Origin: Flaccisagitta enflata
Taxonomy: Eukaryota
NCBI GenBank assembly: GCA_965153355.1
Contig: OZ231126.1
Coordinates: 49,290,001-49,354,000, forward strand
Reading direction: 5' to 3'
Length of the DNA stretch: 64,000 nucleotides
Positions within the stretch are counted from its first letter, which is position 1; each line of letters starts with the position of its first letter. This document shows positions 1 to 11,664 of this stretch, piece by piece. Made by a program: the position numbers and the translations under genes. The notes beneath the pieces were generated by a model that saw only the letters and a program-made list of their open reading frames with translations, made no database searches and was not told the DNA's origin.

Positions 1-42
1 CGGTCCCTTCGGGGCCGCTGCCCAGAAAACGAGGACTTACAC

Positions 43-246
43 AAACAAGGCCGGATACACGGCTACCGAAGTCGCGTGCGGGTGGGCAGGGGCCATATTT
101 GAGGTCACTAGACCATTAGGGCAGGGGCAGTGGGGTCAAAAAAATAAAATCATAAAAAACCACACGACCGACCAAATGACCGACCAACCAACCAATGGAC
201 GGACGGACGGACAAAGCGGGTTGTAGAGTCGCGTGCACGCGACTTA
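43..246 (+). mobile_element. Short non-autonomous HINE/DINE-1-like interspersed element (family A), representative copy
   Basis: Starts AAACAAGGCCGGATACACGG, has an internal (GGAC/GACC)n microsatellite, and ends in the palindrome AGTCGCGTGCACGCGACT followed by A/T. The 5' subterminal AGTCGCGTGC is inverted relative to the 3' end. Related copies at ~253-370, 2790-2958, 3398-3604, 5542-5697, 24045-24245 and on the minus strand ~44308-44508, 62262-62500, 62810-62990. Confidence 0.7.
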
Positions 247-464
247 ATATTAAACAAGGCCGGATACACGGCCATCAGTTGTGGACGGGTGGGCAGGGGC
301 GGAAATGTGTGTTTTCCCACTTTTCAACTCGAGCGTGACAGACCAACCGACCAACCGACCAACCAACCAACCGAAGGATTGATTGATTGATTTATATATT
401 TATGGATTGATTGATTGATTGGTTGATACACCAAAGGAGAGATTGATTTTTGGGTCAAATTTGA

Positions 465-550
465 GTGAATGAATGAATGAATGAATGAATGAATGAATGA
501 ATGAATGAATGAATGAATGAATGAATGAATGATTGAATGAATTATTGAAT
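465..550. repeat. (TGAA)n microsatellite
   Basis: Direct inspection. Confidence 0.95.
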
Positions 551-1934
551 GAAAATGTACTGCCTTATCTATGAAAAAGAATGAACCCCGCCGAGATCGC
601 GAGAATTAAGCCCTAAATTTCCCCGATATTCTCCAGCGCACCTTAAAAATTCTGAGTATTCCGGTGTTGGTTTCCCTGTCTGTGTCCATTCTGAAATAGT
701 TGGTTCCCTCTGGACCGACGAGGGAATAAGTGAGCAATGCGTTCCCGCCAATGCACATTCGCGGATTCCTATATGATACCTCAGCCATAACTTCAAAATA
801 ATCATGGTTCAAACTCCGATTTTTTTCCTTGTCATAGTGATATGCGTATGTTAAAAGGTCCAAATCCATATTTTGGAAGGTTTCTTGCCGAATCTCGTGT
901 CAGTATTTACCCTGGTTACCATGGTAACCAGGAGCTCTCAGATTTCGGTGAAAAATGTGCATCGACATAGAGCATCCATGTGGCGTCAAAATGACTCGAA
1001 TCGAACTGTTTTATCGTTCGGGCAGCAAGTTCATACCTTCATTGTGTCGCAACTCAAAAATCTAGCCTCCCGATTAAATTTTGTGTCTGTGGTGCATCTT
1101 AGAATAATATAAGTAAATCAAGAAAAAAAAACGCCGAAATAACGCGTGTATCTTCCAAGACCCAGTTAGGCCCAGTATGAGACCACATCTGTAAGGTAAA
1201 TGATCAATTTCCGAGTAATATTGATGAGGTTTGGTCTGCGCCCGCTTGCGCCGGAGGTTGAATATAGAGGGATTTTCTATTTTTCGAATATGCAAATTAG
1301 GCTAAGATGAATTCTGAATTAGATGAAATCCTTTGGGTGGGCCAAGCGCTGCGGCTAAGAAACGCGTGTCACTGTCGAGTATGTCATATTGTGATATATT
1401 TTTATGTTCAGTGATATCAAAGTGTCTTCTGTGATAGAGTTGTTTATCATACGACCTAATGGAATTTTTTGTTGTTTGACCTTATGCTCTACAATGATAA
1501 TAGAGTTCATGAATTTTAACGGAAAACTTTGATTTCTCGATTTCTCCGCACTGTGGGTAGCAACCAAGCAATAAAAAGCCAAAAATAACTTAATCTTTAA
1601 TGTATAGTTTTTAATCAATAAAGATAAATAAAGTCATTAAATCATTATGCATTAGAAATAAATAAGGTCATTAAACCAATGTGCATCAGTTCTTCTAGAA
1701 ATAAGTTTGGCAGACATTAAAAGATAGTTCCAATTATAGCTAAATATCATTCTAAGTCATAAAAGCTTCATTTAAAAAAAAAAATTGTGAAAAAATTGAA
1801 AACAGAGCAGATGTGCAAATAAAAATCATCTTGAAGAAGTCAATATTTGTCATTTTGCAAAAAATTATCATTTTGTAGTATATCTTTATACTAGCAATAA
1901 AGCAGGTTGACTTTGGTTCATTTCCTTTATCGCA

Positions 1935-2500
1935 CAGTGGGCTTTAATTCGATTTTAAATCAAAAAAATCTTCAGCAGTAGTAACCTAAAAAAACATTTC
2001 CCTTGAAAATCTTTCCAAAAATTACTCAAATATGTCTATTTTCTTATATACTTACATGTAAATCTTTAAATCTATCAATTTTGCAATTCTGATTCAAAAT
2101 TTACATTCCTGGTAAAATTTCCAATCATTTCATAAGTCACATTGTATACTTTCGCACAAAAAAAAACTCATGTTTTATGCTACCATTGCATTTTTATAAC
2201 AGTGGCATAGAATATGACAATTTTTTTTTCGCATGAAAGTATATATTGTGACCTATCAAATGATTTGAAATTTTATCAGTAGTATGATTCTTTAATCAGA
2301 ATTTCAAAATTAATAAATCATTGAGATTTTTATATAAATACATAAGAAAAAAAAACACATTTTGGTGATTTTTGTAAAAATTTTCAAGGAAATTTTTTTT
2401 CATAGATCAATATGGATTCTCCACCATAAAATATATTGATTTGTATAAGTTAATACTGCTGAGTATTTTTTTGAACCCATATCCAATTAAGGCCTACTTT
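1935..2500. mobile_element. Degenerate fold-back/MITE-like palindromic element
   Basis: Imperfect inverted arms around a centre near 2195, e.g. AAAAAAATCTTCAGCAGTAGTAAC (~1962) vs GTTAATACTGCTGAGTATTTTTTT (~2450). Ends not precisely defined. Confidence 0.55.
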
Positions 2501-5344
2501 GTACTATTGGTGAATAATGGTAGCACGCTGAAACTTACAAATTTTTATCTAAACTTGAAATTTTTCCAAAATATATGAAAAAAATGCTTATTTATAATAT
2601 TTCATAATGTTTTCAATGATAAAAAACTATTAAGAGGTTTTGGCTGAAGATGACACCATTTCAGACCATAGTGCAATGTCTGCGTCTTCCGCTACCACAG
2701 AAGTGATGGGCGAGAGAGAGATAAAGTTTCTCTGCTTATCATTCGTTTCACTTCAAGTCGTATCTATATCTAAGACCTCGTTTACATTAAAACAAGGCCG
2801 GATACACGGCCAATTCCAGTTGCGGACAGGTGGGCAGGGGCGGAAATGCGCGTTTTCACACTTTTCGACTCATGTTCACGGACCGACCAACCGACCAACC
2901 AACAGACGGACGGACGGACAAAGCCTCTTATAGAGTTGCGTGTCCGCAACTAAAAAAACAATTGGGTCCACAGTCTATACCTCAACCGATAAGGCTAATT
3001 CATAGGTTGAGCGAATTTACATATTGATGTAAACGGTCTCTCTCATGAAAATATTAAAATCGATTATAATGACACACGATTAGGGAGTCAAAAAAATCAA
3101 CGAAACACAGCATCTCCCTCATCATAATTTGTATATCGTCACCAGTATCTTTGTCTAAATAATCGCTTTTCCTTTGGCCTTTTCAGTTGTGTCTGTATTG
3201 ATCTATTCGATAAATAGAGCCACATAATGGCGCTGTTGCTATACCGAAAGGCATTACAACCCAAATGTAACATACCATTAACATTACCAAAGGTTCTGGT
3301 GAATTACCTAAGAGTATATTTTGATGGGGATCTCGGTTGGGTACTTCTGACCGTGAAGAGATCCCCGGGAATCGACAGTCGTGAGCGTAAAGCTACGAAA
3401 ACAAGGCCGGATACACGGCTACCCCAGTCACGCGCGAGTGGGCATGGCATGGGCCGCATTTGAGGTCTCTTGATCATTTGGGCATGAGCGGTGCGGCCAA
3501 AGACCTCAAAAACCCAAAAAGGGTAAAGTGTGACGGACCGATGAATGGACGGACGGACTGACTGACGAAGTGGGGTGTAAAGTCGCGTAGAACGCGACTA
3601 AAAAGCTATGAACATCTAAATCGGAGGATAATCTATCGAATTTTCTCTCCATCAGTTTTCTGACTTGATAGCTCCTTTGAGTTTACTTGTTAGCTATACT
3701 TTATAGTTTATATCATTGTTATTTTCGGTTTGTTCATTGTAGAATGCTGTGAATATGATCGAGACCATGATCAGATATCGATGAAAACAAATCAAATGAT
3801 GTCAAACGTTTCGATTCCAGCGGAATCTCGCGATAAGATTTGAGGATGTGACTTCAAAAGTGACGCAATGAATCGGAAGTCAATTTGAGAAAAAAAGAAA
3901 TTGGTTTCCCCGACAGGAAATGAATAAATTCCCGATGTGATTGAAAGACATATTTGAGGCAATCATGGATCAATGATTGAAGTTACAGTCGAGCTTCACT
4001 AGAGCGTATGCCAAGGGACAGGATAAAATCATGCTTTTTAGTGAAGCTGCCTTATCGCCAATAGAAACAACTACAACCCCGCAATAACAGCCTTGCTTTT
4101 AAAGGTTCCCCATCAATAAAGGTCAACATTTTGATTTCCCAAATGGTATTTCTTAATGTGATTTCACCTCTCTTTAAAGGTTATCCTGAGATAAAGGTGA
4201 AAAATCTTCAGTCCCAATGAGGCGGGGTCCCACTGTATGTTACTTTATAAGACAGCTTCCCTCCGAAGGCAACATTTGTGTTTCAAAGAGGGTAAAAATG
4301 GAAATTGTAAATGAATGGAAATAGAAAAACAGGTGGATGAAAGTGATTCAGATGGCTCAGACATAATATTTAAAAGAAAAATTTGCATTCATTTAGAAAA
4401 AAAGACCAAGTTTAGCCAATGTTTCTTAAAAAAATTTATTGAAAATTTCTACTTTTTTCATTTTTGGTCACTTACAGGGGGTCGGTCTAAATTCTAAATT
4501 TGTATAAAAAAAGAAAAAATGAAAAAACAAAGAACATAGTTCTCTTACTAAATCGATTGCAGAGAGAACTATGTTTTTCAAAATGCAAAATTTCCCCGTG
4601 TTTGGCTTTCTTAGAATTTAGACCACAGAAAATGAAAAAAATTGTAAGCAGAAATTTGCTAAAAACTGTCATTTTTCTGTTTGTTTTCATTAGAATCGCA
4701 TTGTTAAAATCACTTTTTAGGTCAGAACATGATAAAATGGTATATACCAAGTGTCTTTAGAGACAATTTGTCCACTAAAAGCATTCCAGCTTTATTATTG
4801 TCCTGAAAATAATGCAAATAGTCGCAAAAGCGTTAGCTGGTCAGCGGTACCCGTTGCCCCTGTGTCAGTGTATGTTGGTGTGTGGTGGTTAGAGGGGCAG
4901 CGGCCCCGAAGGGGCCGATGACCTATGCTGTTTCGTTCTTTTCAGATAGCACATCATAGTTTTTTTTTCAAAAAATCAATCGTTGAAGAAACACATGTTT
5001 TTTTAATCAAATTGTGGCGATGATGTCGATAACAAGGATATCAGCAGCTTCACAACTGAATAACAAGAACATCAACAATAACAATGGTAACAACTAAAAC
5101 GATGTTGACAGCATTGTTAACAATGACAATCAATATCATAATCATAATAATGACAATTAACGTAATGTCAGAGCCAAGGAAAAAATGCACCATAGAAGTC
5201 AGCTCCTACAAAAACTCTGTACTTGGTTCGGACGAGCTAAGTACAGTCGCGTGTGAAAAGATTCTAGCAACCAAAAAAAAGAAAAAATAAGAATCAAATT
5301 GGGCAAGACAGCGATGTAACAAGGTTAGTTCATTTTCGTAGACA

Positions 5345-5757
5345 GAGACAGTATGTATGTCCGTGTGTGTTTACGCGCGTGCATGGGCACGTGCATGGGC
5401 ACGTGCGTGCGCGCGCACGTGCATGTGTGTGTTTGTTTGTGTGTGAATTTGAGTGTGTGCCTGCGTGTGCATTTGTGTATACATGTGTTTGCGTTTGTTT
5501 GTGTGTGTGTATTTGTGTATGCATGCGTGTAAATCTTATGGAAACAAAGCTGGATACATGCCAATCTAGTCGCGGACTGTTGGGCAGGAGCAAAAATGTG
5601 AAAACCGATCGCAAATCAGAAAAATTACGTATTGAAAGATGGACTGACCAATGGACTGACTTGTCAAGGTATAGTGTCGCGTGTCCGTGACTATAAAAGG
5701 CAGAGAGAGAGAGAGATAAGAGAGAGAGAGAGAGGGAGAAAGAGAGAGAGAGCGAGA

Positions 5758-5828
<71 letters not shown>

Positions 5829-5974
5829 ACGCACATGTGTGAGAGTATGGTGGACTTGTGTGTGCGTACTTGTTTGTGTGCATATGTGTGTATGCATGTG
5901 CGTTTGTATGCATGCTTGAGTATGCATGACTGCGAGTAAGAGAGAGAGATAAAGAGAGAGAGAGAGCGAGAGAG

Positions 5975-6021
<47 letters not shown>

Positions 6022-6230
6022 ACGCACATGTGTGAGAGTATGGTGGACTTGTGTGTGCGTACTTGTTTGTGTGCATATGTGTGTATGCATGTGCGTTTGT
6101 ATGCATGCTTGAGTATGCATGACTGCGAGTAAAACAAAAAAAGGCCACAAGTGAGAGCTAGCGATGGATCAAAACACGGAATTTGTGAGACAGAGAGAGA
6201 GAGCGAGAGAGCGAGAGCGAGAGCGAGTAA
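5345..6230. repeat. Compound (TG/CA)-rich and (GA)n microsatellite region with a ~115-bp direct duplication (5820-5938 / 6015-6131)
   Basis: Direct inspection; the overlapping ORFs here are simple-repeat translations. Confidence 0.9.
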
Positions 6231-6489
6231 ATATGACTAAAAAAAGCTCAGGAAGATAAGCTGAAAAAAATGCTCAGAAAGACAGACAGAAATACTTACA
6301 GACTTCCAGACAGGCTGAATGACAGCCAGATAGTTACTTATCTCTCTTTTTGTTTGTGTGTGGATCTACCATTTCAGATCATGTGATGTGGTTATCGTGA
6401 AGATTCATGAGATTGGCGGTACCAAAGCTTCCTTCATAAAGAAAATCAGGTCATGTTAATTGTCTGATGATTAGTGACTTGATTGAAAA

Positions 6490-9400
6490 ATGAAGACTAT
6501 CGGATTGCTTTTAGCAGATAGTCTCATGAGAGGATGCTCCATTGCGGCAAGGCGGCTCTTGATGAAGAATTATGGTTTGAGTGAGTTGCATGTCCGGTGT
6601 TTTCCAGGTAAAACCACCGATCAACTGTTAGGCGGTAATGGAGAGGTTCACACACTCATGCAGGAAAAGTCTTATGACTATGTCTTTTTGGTTGCTGGTG
6701 CGAATGATTTCAATCGTAATGAGGATGACTGCCACGTGATGAAATGCAAAATGATTGCAAGGGTGCGCAGTGATCTTGTTCATGGGTTTTGTACACAATA
6801 TCCCATAACAAAGCTGATTTTGGCTCCCATCCCGATGCGCCGACTGTCCAAAAACCCAAGCATGATTCACGATCATCCAGAGTGCGGATCGCAAACCTGG
6901 ATAGACACCACAAACAATGCCATTTCACTCTATCAGAGTTGTTTTACCGTTTGTCCATGTCACAGCAATCAAGTGAGGTCTGTTATCTCACCTCCCCTTC
7001 ACAAGTGGCTTCCCTATCTAACATCTGATGGGTTGCATTTGACAGATGGTTCTAAAGGCCAGACAGATGGTAAACTCAAAATGGTACAGTATCTCCTCAA
7101 ACCCAAATCAAAGTTTTCACTTTCACAGGATGACTTCCCTCCTTTACCAGAAGCTTCCGGTAAATTTTCGTTTGAACCGCAGGTTGCTGTACCAAAAATG
7201 ACACGCAAAGAAAAACCTAATCGAAACCACTTCATTTTGCAGTGTTGCCTTGCTCAAGATGTTTCTTTCAGAGGCCCAATCAAACAGGCTGCCAAGCAAG
7301 TGTCTAAATCACCTGTTTGTCTTCCAAAATATGCTCCTGTTCTCCGCAAAAAGCAGAAGAAGCCAAAAAAAGCAGATCTGTGGTTTCCTCCTGTTTCCGA
7401 TTGTTGTTTTTCTCAGCCTAATCATCTTCCACGTGCAAAACCGAGAGTGGAACGAGTGAAAAAAGTCAGCAACAAAGACCAACACCGAGAAGAACAGCCA
7501 AAGAAACAGGCGAAACGCAATATTCCTTGGTATGAGCGACCAGAATTTTCTTGCAACCAATCAGAGGTTTCAAGGGGACGAGGTTTGTTGAAACTTAAAT
7601 CAAGGACAGATCCATCCCCTTCAATAAAACGAACACCTCCTCAATTGCAAAAAAAATTTGAAAGGGACCCAAATCTGCTCATCAAATTGCAGCAAAAATT
7701 AACCTCTTTCAAAAATCAAAGACGACCTCAGCTGAAAAAGACCTATGCTGTAAAAGAAGAACATCCCTGCCCGCATAAGGATAATAGCAATGATGTGGCT
7801 GGTGATGATGCCAATGGTATTGATTCTGGTTTGGTTGATGATGGTGTTTGTGATGAATTGAGTGATGAACATCCAAAAATGAAAATCCCTCAACCAAGAA
7901 ATTTTTCTAGGGGACATTTAAAGAAAGTGATGAAAAAAATCAAAGGATTCCTCAATCCTATGGTTAAAAGTCTATCAAAAGATTCAAAAGATATAGAGGA
8001 TAAAATATCTCTGACATACAACTCAAAACGTGGGTGTCTCATACAATGGGAGAAAAAAGATGGCAAAATAGAAACATTAGTAGATTACTTTACTAGTCAA
8101 AATGATGATGAAGCTAACTCAAGCTCTGGGTTTTCTCAAAGAGAAGAAATATCGTTATTGTTGGGTGGAAAGGGAAAAAGGTCTAAGAGTGAAGAGGCAA
8201 GAAGGCAAAAAAAAAGACGTGAAATAAGGGCAAAAAAATTATCTGAAGCAGAAAATCAGGAATTACTATCTAAGGCCAGAGAACGGATGAAAGAAAATTA
8301 TGAAAAGAACAAAGAAAAAATTTTGGAAGACAGGAAATTGCACTATGATCAGAGCAAAGATACAATTTTGACAGATAGGCATTTGCATTATGATCAGAAC
8401 AAAGATCAAATTTTGACTGACAAACAAATGCATTATTATCAGAACAAAGATCAAATTTTGACAGATAGGCATTTGCATTATGATCAGAACAAAGATAAAA
8501 TTTTGACTGACAAACAAATGCATTATGATCAGAACAAAGATAAAATTTTGACTGACAAACAAATGCATTATGATCAGAACAAAGATCAAATTTTGACAGA
8601 TAGGCATTTGCATTATGATCAGAACAAAGATAAAATTTTGACAGACAAGCAATTGCATTATGATCAGAACAAAGATAAAATTTTGACAAACAGGCAAAGT
8701 CACTATAAAGAAAATCAAAATGATATATTGACCAGAAAACGTGCCTCATACAAGGAAAAATCTGTAACAACTGCAAAAAGATACAAAGGTGCAAAAGCAC
8801 ATCAAAGAAATTTGAGACTCGCGAGAAACCTTAAGTTAACAACAATAAGAATGCACGATGAGAGCTACAGGGTAAACAGAAAGGAAATAATCTCTCAGTT
8901 CCAGAACTTTTATGAGCTCATCAAGTACGGACCGGACTTCATCTGCACTATCTGTAACCGAAGTTTATTTGAAAATCAAGTGGTGAAAATCAATAAAAAA
9001 TTGGATACTGCAGTCAAAATTGGGGGTAACCAATATAATTGCAGGACAAATAAATTAAGTTTTGATGGATACGAATATATTTGCAATAGCTGTCATGCAA
9101 ATTTGAAAAGTGAAAAAATGCCTAAGTACGCGGTTGTAAATGGTAATGAGTTGCCATTTGTTCCTCCTGAGGTAAAGTCATTGAATGAAGGAGAGGAGAG
9201 ATGCGTCGCCCCACGTGTTCAGTTTATGAGGGTGCAAAAATTGGGCTGCGATAGGCAGAGGGGCATTAAGAGTAATGTTGTGAATGTCCCAATAGACCTT
9301 GGAAAACTTAATTTGCAACTTCCATGCCCCAGACTTGATAATCAAATAATGCAATTGCATTTCAAACGTAAGATGGAATATAATCATGACTACCTAGCTC

Positions 9401-11664
9401 AGAACATTGATCTCAACAAGGTCAAACAAGCTCTTAGCATTCTGGCTAAATCGGAACTGTATAAAGAAGCTGGTGTAGAGATTGTCACAAACAATTTTGA
9501 AAAGCTCGAGAAAATCAATGAGGCCAGTTTGCAAGAGAGCATGAAAGGAATGGAGCTTAGTGGGGAGACCTCATCTTGTAATAAAGGTGAATATGTTGAC
9601 ATTCAAGTGGATGAAGATGATGATGACGATGATTGGGATGAGCTGGGTGACGATTACCCAACCAACATTGGAAATGATGACACGATGATCATTAATGAAA
9701 TAGATGAGCTGCAAGACATGGTGTACGCCAGGAATGATATTTCGGTGGCTCCTGGTGAAGGGGAAACACCTTTGCCCATGACTCTAGATGAACACTGTGA
9801 GGATTTGGCTTACCCAACTCTCAATGCTGGAGAGAAGCCAAAAGAACACCTTGTTCCCATGTCATTCAAGGATAAATGTAAACTCCAGCTCATGCATGAA
9901 GACAACAGATATAGAACGCATCCAACATATCCGTTTTCCATTTTTCGAAAGGCAGAAACGATTCTGCACAAAAACAATATAAACATCAACATGAAGAAAG
10001 GAAAAAAAGTGGATGGAGCGTCTGTAACTGCCAAAGATGTATTGGGTAACGATTTCCAAAACATACTCAAACATGATGGCGGTTACAAGGTACTAGCTTC
10101 TAATCGATGTAGTCCCGCTTACTGGCAAAAGGTAAAGGGAGAAGTGTTTGCAATGGTCCGTCAACTTGGAATGCCGACGTGGTTTCTTACTTTCACTGCG
10201 TGTGAAACTTGGTGGCCCGAGTTGATTCAGTCGTTACAAAGAGATTTAGATGGCAAAATATTATCGGAAGAAGAAATCTACAACATGAGTTGGGAAAAGA
10301 AGGTGGAGTTGATTAGAGGGAATGCCGTTCTGTGCGCGCGTCATTTCAATCATCGCTTTGAAGCATTCCTGAAGACAATTTTGAAAGAAAAACTGCACTA
10401 TGATGGTAATTTAGATGATTACTTCTTCCGCATTGAATTTCAGCAACGCGGCTCTCCACATGTTCACATGATCATGTGGAAGCACGATGCTCCAAAGTAT
10501 GGAATTCAAAGCAACGAAGAGATATCTGAATACATTGACAAGTATGTCAAATGCTCTATCTCCTCTGATGATAAAGAAAATGTCCCAATTCATCTTCGTT
10601 GCCAAATTCATAAGCATACGGAATGCTGTAAAAAGAAAGGGAGAAAAAAATGCAGGTTTAGATTTCCGCGACATCCCATGGACAGAACCAGGATCATAGA
10701 ACCTCTTGATTGGACTGTGTATATCAAGAAAAGATTTCCTGACATTGATGAGGATGTTCAAGAACGTCTCAAAATGCAATTCATTCAGGAGAACAAAGAT
10801 CGCACAGCTCGTATCAAAAAATTTCTTGATGAGATGGATCTTAATGATCCTAAATTTTTCACCATGACATTTCAAGATTACCTCACTGCTCTAGAAATGG
10901 ACTTTGAGCAATACTATATTGCGATTTCCTCAACCTTGAAAAGAGCAGAGGTGTTTATGAAGAGGGATCTCAAAGACGTAAGGGTGAACAATTACAATGA
11001 TGATCTTTTAAAAGCTTGGATTGGGAATATGGATATCCAATACATATTGGATCCATATTCCGTTTGTATGTACGTCATCAATTACATTGGGAAGTCGTAC
11101 CGAGGGATGAGTCGACTCTTACGACAGGTTGTGGCAGATTGTAAGAAGAAAAACTCTTCCCTCAAAACAAAAATGACTCGAATTTGCAAAGAATTTCAGG
11201 GTGCTAGCGAGGTATCTGCTCAAGAAGTAGCCTATGACCTTTGTCAAATGCACAAAACTCAGTCCACTAGGACAAAGGTCTTTATTAACACTTATCCAAA
11301 GAATGAACGGGTTAAAATGCTGAAAAGTAAAGATCAATTGCACATGAAAGACATGAAGGACTACGAAGACATTTTTATAGAAAATCTTCATAGTAGATAC
11401 AGCAAAAGATCAGTAGATGATGAAAAATTGTCCTTGGCGGACTTTGCCTTGGGTGTATCTGGTAAGAAAAGAATTCTTCAATATCACCAATATTCTCCAG
11501 AGATGGACATGGAGAATTATGCAAGAGTTCTTTTGATGTTATTTGTACCATGGCGAAATGAAGATAAGCTGTATGGTGACTTTGATACCTACACTGATCG
11601 TTATCTGTCTTTGAAAGAGTATTTGGAGGGCAAAAAATCTGTGTTGCATGAAATTGACAAATAG
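6490..11664 (+). CDS. Helentron RepHel N-terminal part: SGNH/GDSL hydrolase-like domain, 15-aa repeats, Zn finger, HUH Rep endonuclease
   Basis: SGNH blocks ADS / FPG / GAND / DGLH; Zn ligands CTIC...CNSC; Rep motifs WFLTF, EFQQRGSPHVH (HUH) and YVINYIGK (two catalytic Tyr). Ends at TAG 11662-11664, in frame with the next ORF. Confidence 0.9.
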   Translation: MKTIGLLLADSLMRGCSIAARRLLMKNYGLSELHVRCFPGKTTDQLLGGNGEVHTLMQEKSYDYVFLVAGANDFNRNEDDCHVMKCKMIARVRSDLVHGFCTQYPITKLILAPIPMRRLSKNPSMIHDHPECGSQTWIDTTNNAISLYQSCFTVCPCHSNQVRSVISPPLHKWLPYLTSDGLHLTDGSKGQTDGKLKMVQYLLKPKSKFSLSQDDFPPLPEASGKFSFEPQVAVPKMTRKEKPNRNHFILQCCLAQDVSFRGPIKQAAKQVSKSPVCLPKYAPVLRKKQKKPKKADLWFPPVSDCCFSQPNHLPRAKPRVERVKKVSNKDQHREEQPKKQAKRNIPWYERPEFSCNQSEVSRGRGLLKLKSRTDPSPSIKRTPPQLQKKFERDPNLLIKLQQKLTSFKNQRRPQLKKTYAVKEEHPCPHKDNSNDVAGDDANGIDSGLVDDGVCDELSDEHPKMKIPQPRNFSRGHLKKVMKKIKGFLNPMVKSLSKDSKDIEDKISLTYNSKRGCLIQWEKKDGKIETLVDYFTSQNDDEANSSSGFSQREEISLLLGGKGKRSKSEEARRQKKRREIRAKKLSEAENQELLSKARERMKENYEKNKEKILEDRKLHYDQSKDTILTDRHLHYDQNKDQILTDKQMHYYQNKDQILTDRHLHYDQNKDKILTDKQMHYDQNKDKILTDKQMHYDQNKDQILTDRHLHYDQNKDKILTDKQLHYDQNKDKILTNRQSHYKENQNDILTRKRASYKEKSVTTAKRYKGAKAHQRNLRLARNLKLTTIRMHDESYRVNRKEIISQFQNFYELIKYGPDFICTICNRSLFENQVVKINKKLDTAVKIGGNQYNCRTNKLSFDGYEYICNSCHANLKSEKMPKYAVVNGNELPFVPPEVKSLNEGEERCVAPRVQFMRVQKLGCDRQRGIKSNVVNVPIDLGKLNLQLPCPRLDNQIMQLHFKRKMEYNHDYLAQNIDLNKVKQALSILAKSELYKEAGVEIVTNNFEKLEKINEASLQESMKGMELSGETSSCNKGEYVDIQVDEDDDDDDWDELGDDYPTNIGNDDTMIINEIDELQDMVYARNDISVAPGEGETPLPMTLDEHCEDLAYPTLNAGEKPKEHLVPMSFKDKCKLQLMHEDNRYRTHPTYPFSIFRKAETILHKNNININMKKGKKVDGASVTAKDVLGNDFQNILKHDGGYKVLASNRCSPAYWQKVKGEVFAMVRQLGMPTWFLTFTACETWWPELIQSLQRDLDGKILSEEEIYNMSWEKKVELIRGNAVLCARHFNHRFEAFLKTILKEKLHYDGNLDDYFFRIEFQQRGSPHVHMIMWKHDAPKYGIQSNEEISEYIDKYVKCSISSDDKENVPIHLRCQIHKHTECCKKKGRKKCRFRFPRHPMDRTRIIEPLDWTVYIKKRFPDIDEDVQERLKMQFIQENKDRTARIKKFLDEMDLNDPKFFTMTFQDYLTALEMDFEQYYIAISSTLKRAEVFMKRDLKDVRVNNYNDDLLKAWIGNMDIQYILDPYSVCMYVINYIGKSYRGMSRLLRQVVADCKKKNSSLKTKMTRICKEFQGASEVSAQEVAYDLCQMHKTQSTRTKVFINTYPKNERVKMLKSKDQLHMKDMKDYEDIFIENLHSRYSKRSVDDEKLSLADFALGVSGKKRILQYHQYSPEMDMENYARVLLMLFVPWRNEDKLYGDFDTYTDRYLSLKEYLEGKKSVLHEIDK
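8320..8720 (+). repeat. Coding 45-bp tandem repeat (~9 units, HYDQNKDKILTDKQM-like)
   Basis: Unit CATTATGATCAGAACAAAGATAAAATTTTGACTGACAAACAAATG repeated in frame with two alternating variants. Confidence 0.95.

Noticed and set aside
5325-6150. Several 80-270 aa ORFs (SLSLSL / ERERER / HTHT)
   Set aside because: Translations of microsatellites; the same applies to ORFs at 60781-62024 and 57344-57642.
8266-8800. Antisense repeat ORFs (150 and 176 aa) opposite the Helentron
   Set aside because: Shadow frames of the 45-bp coding repeat.
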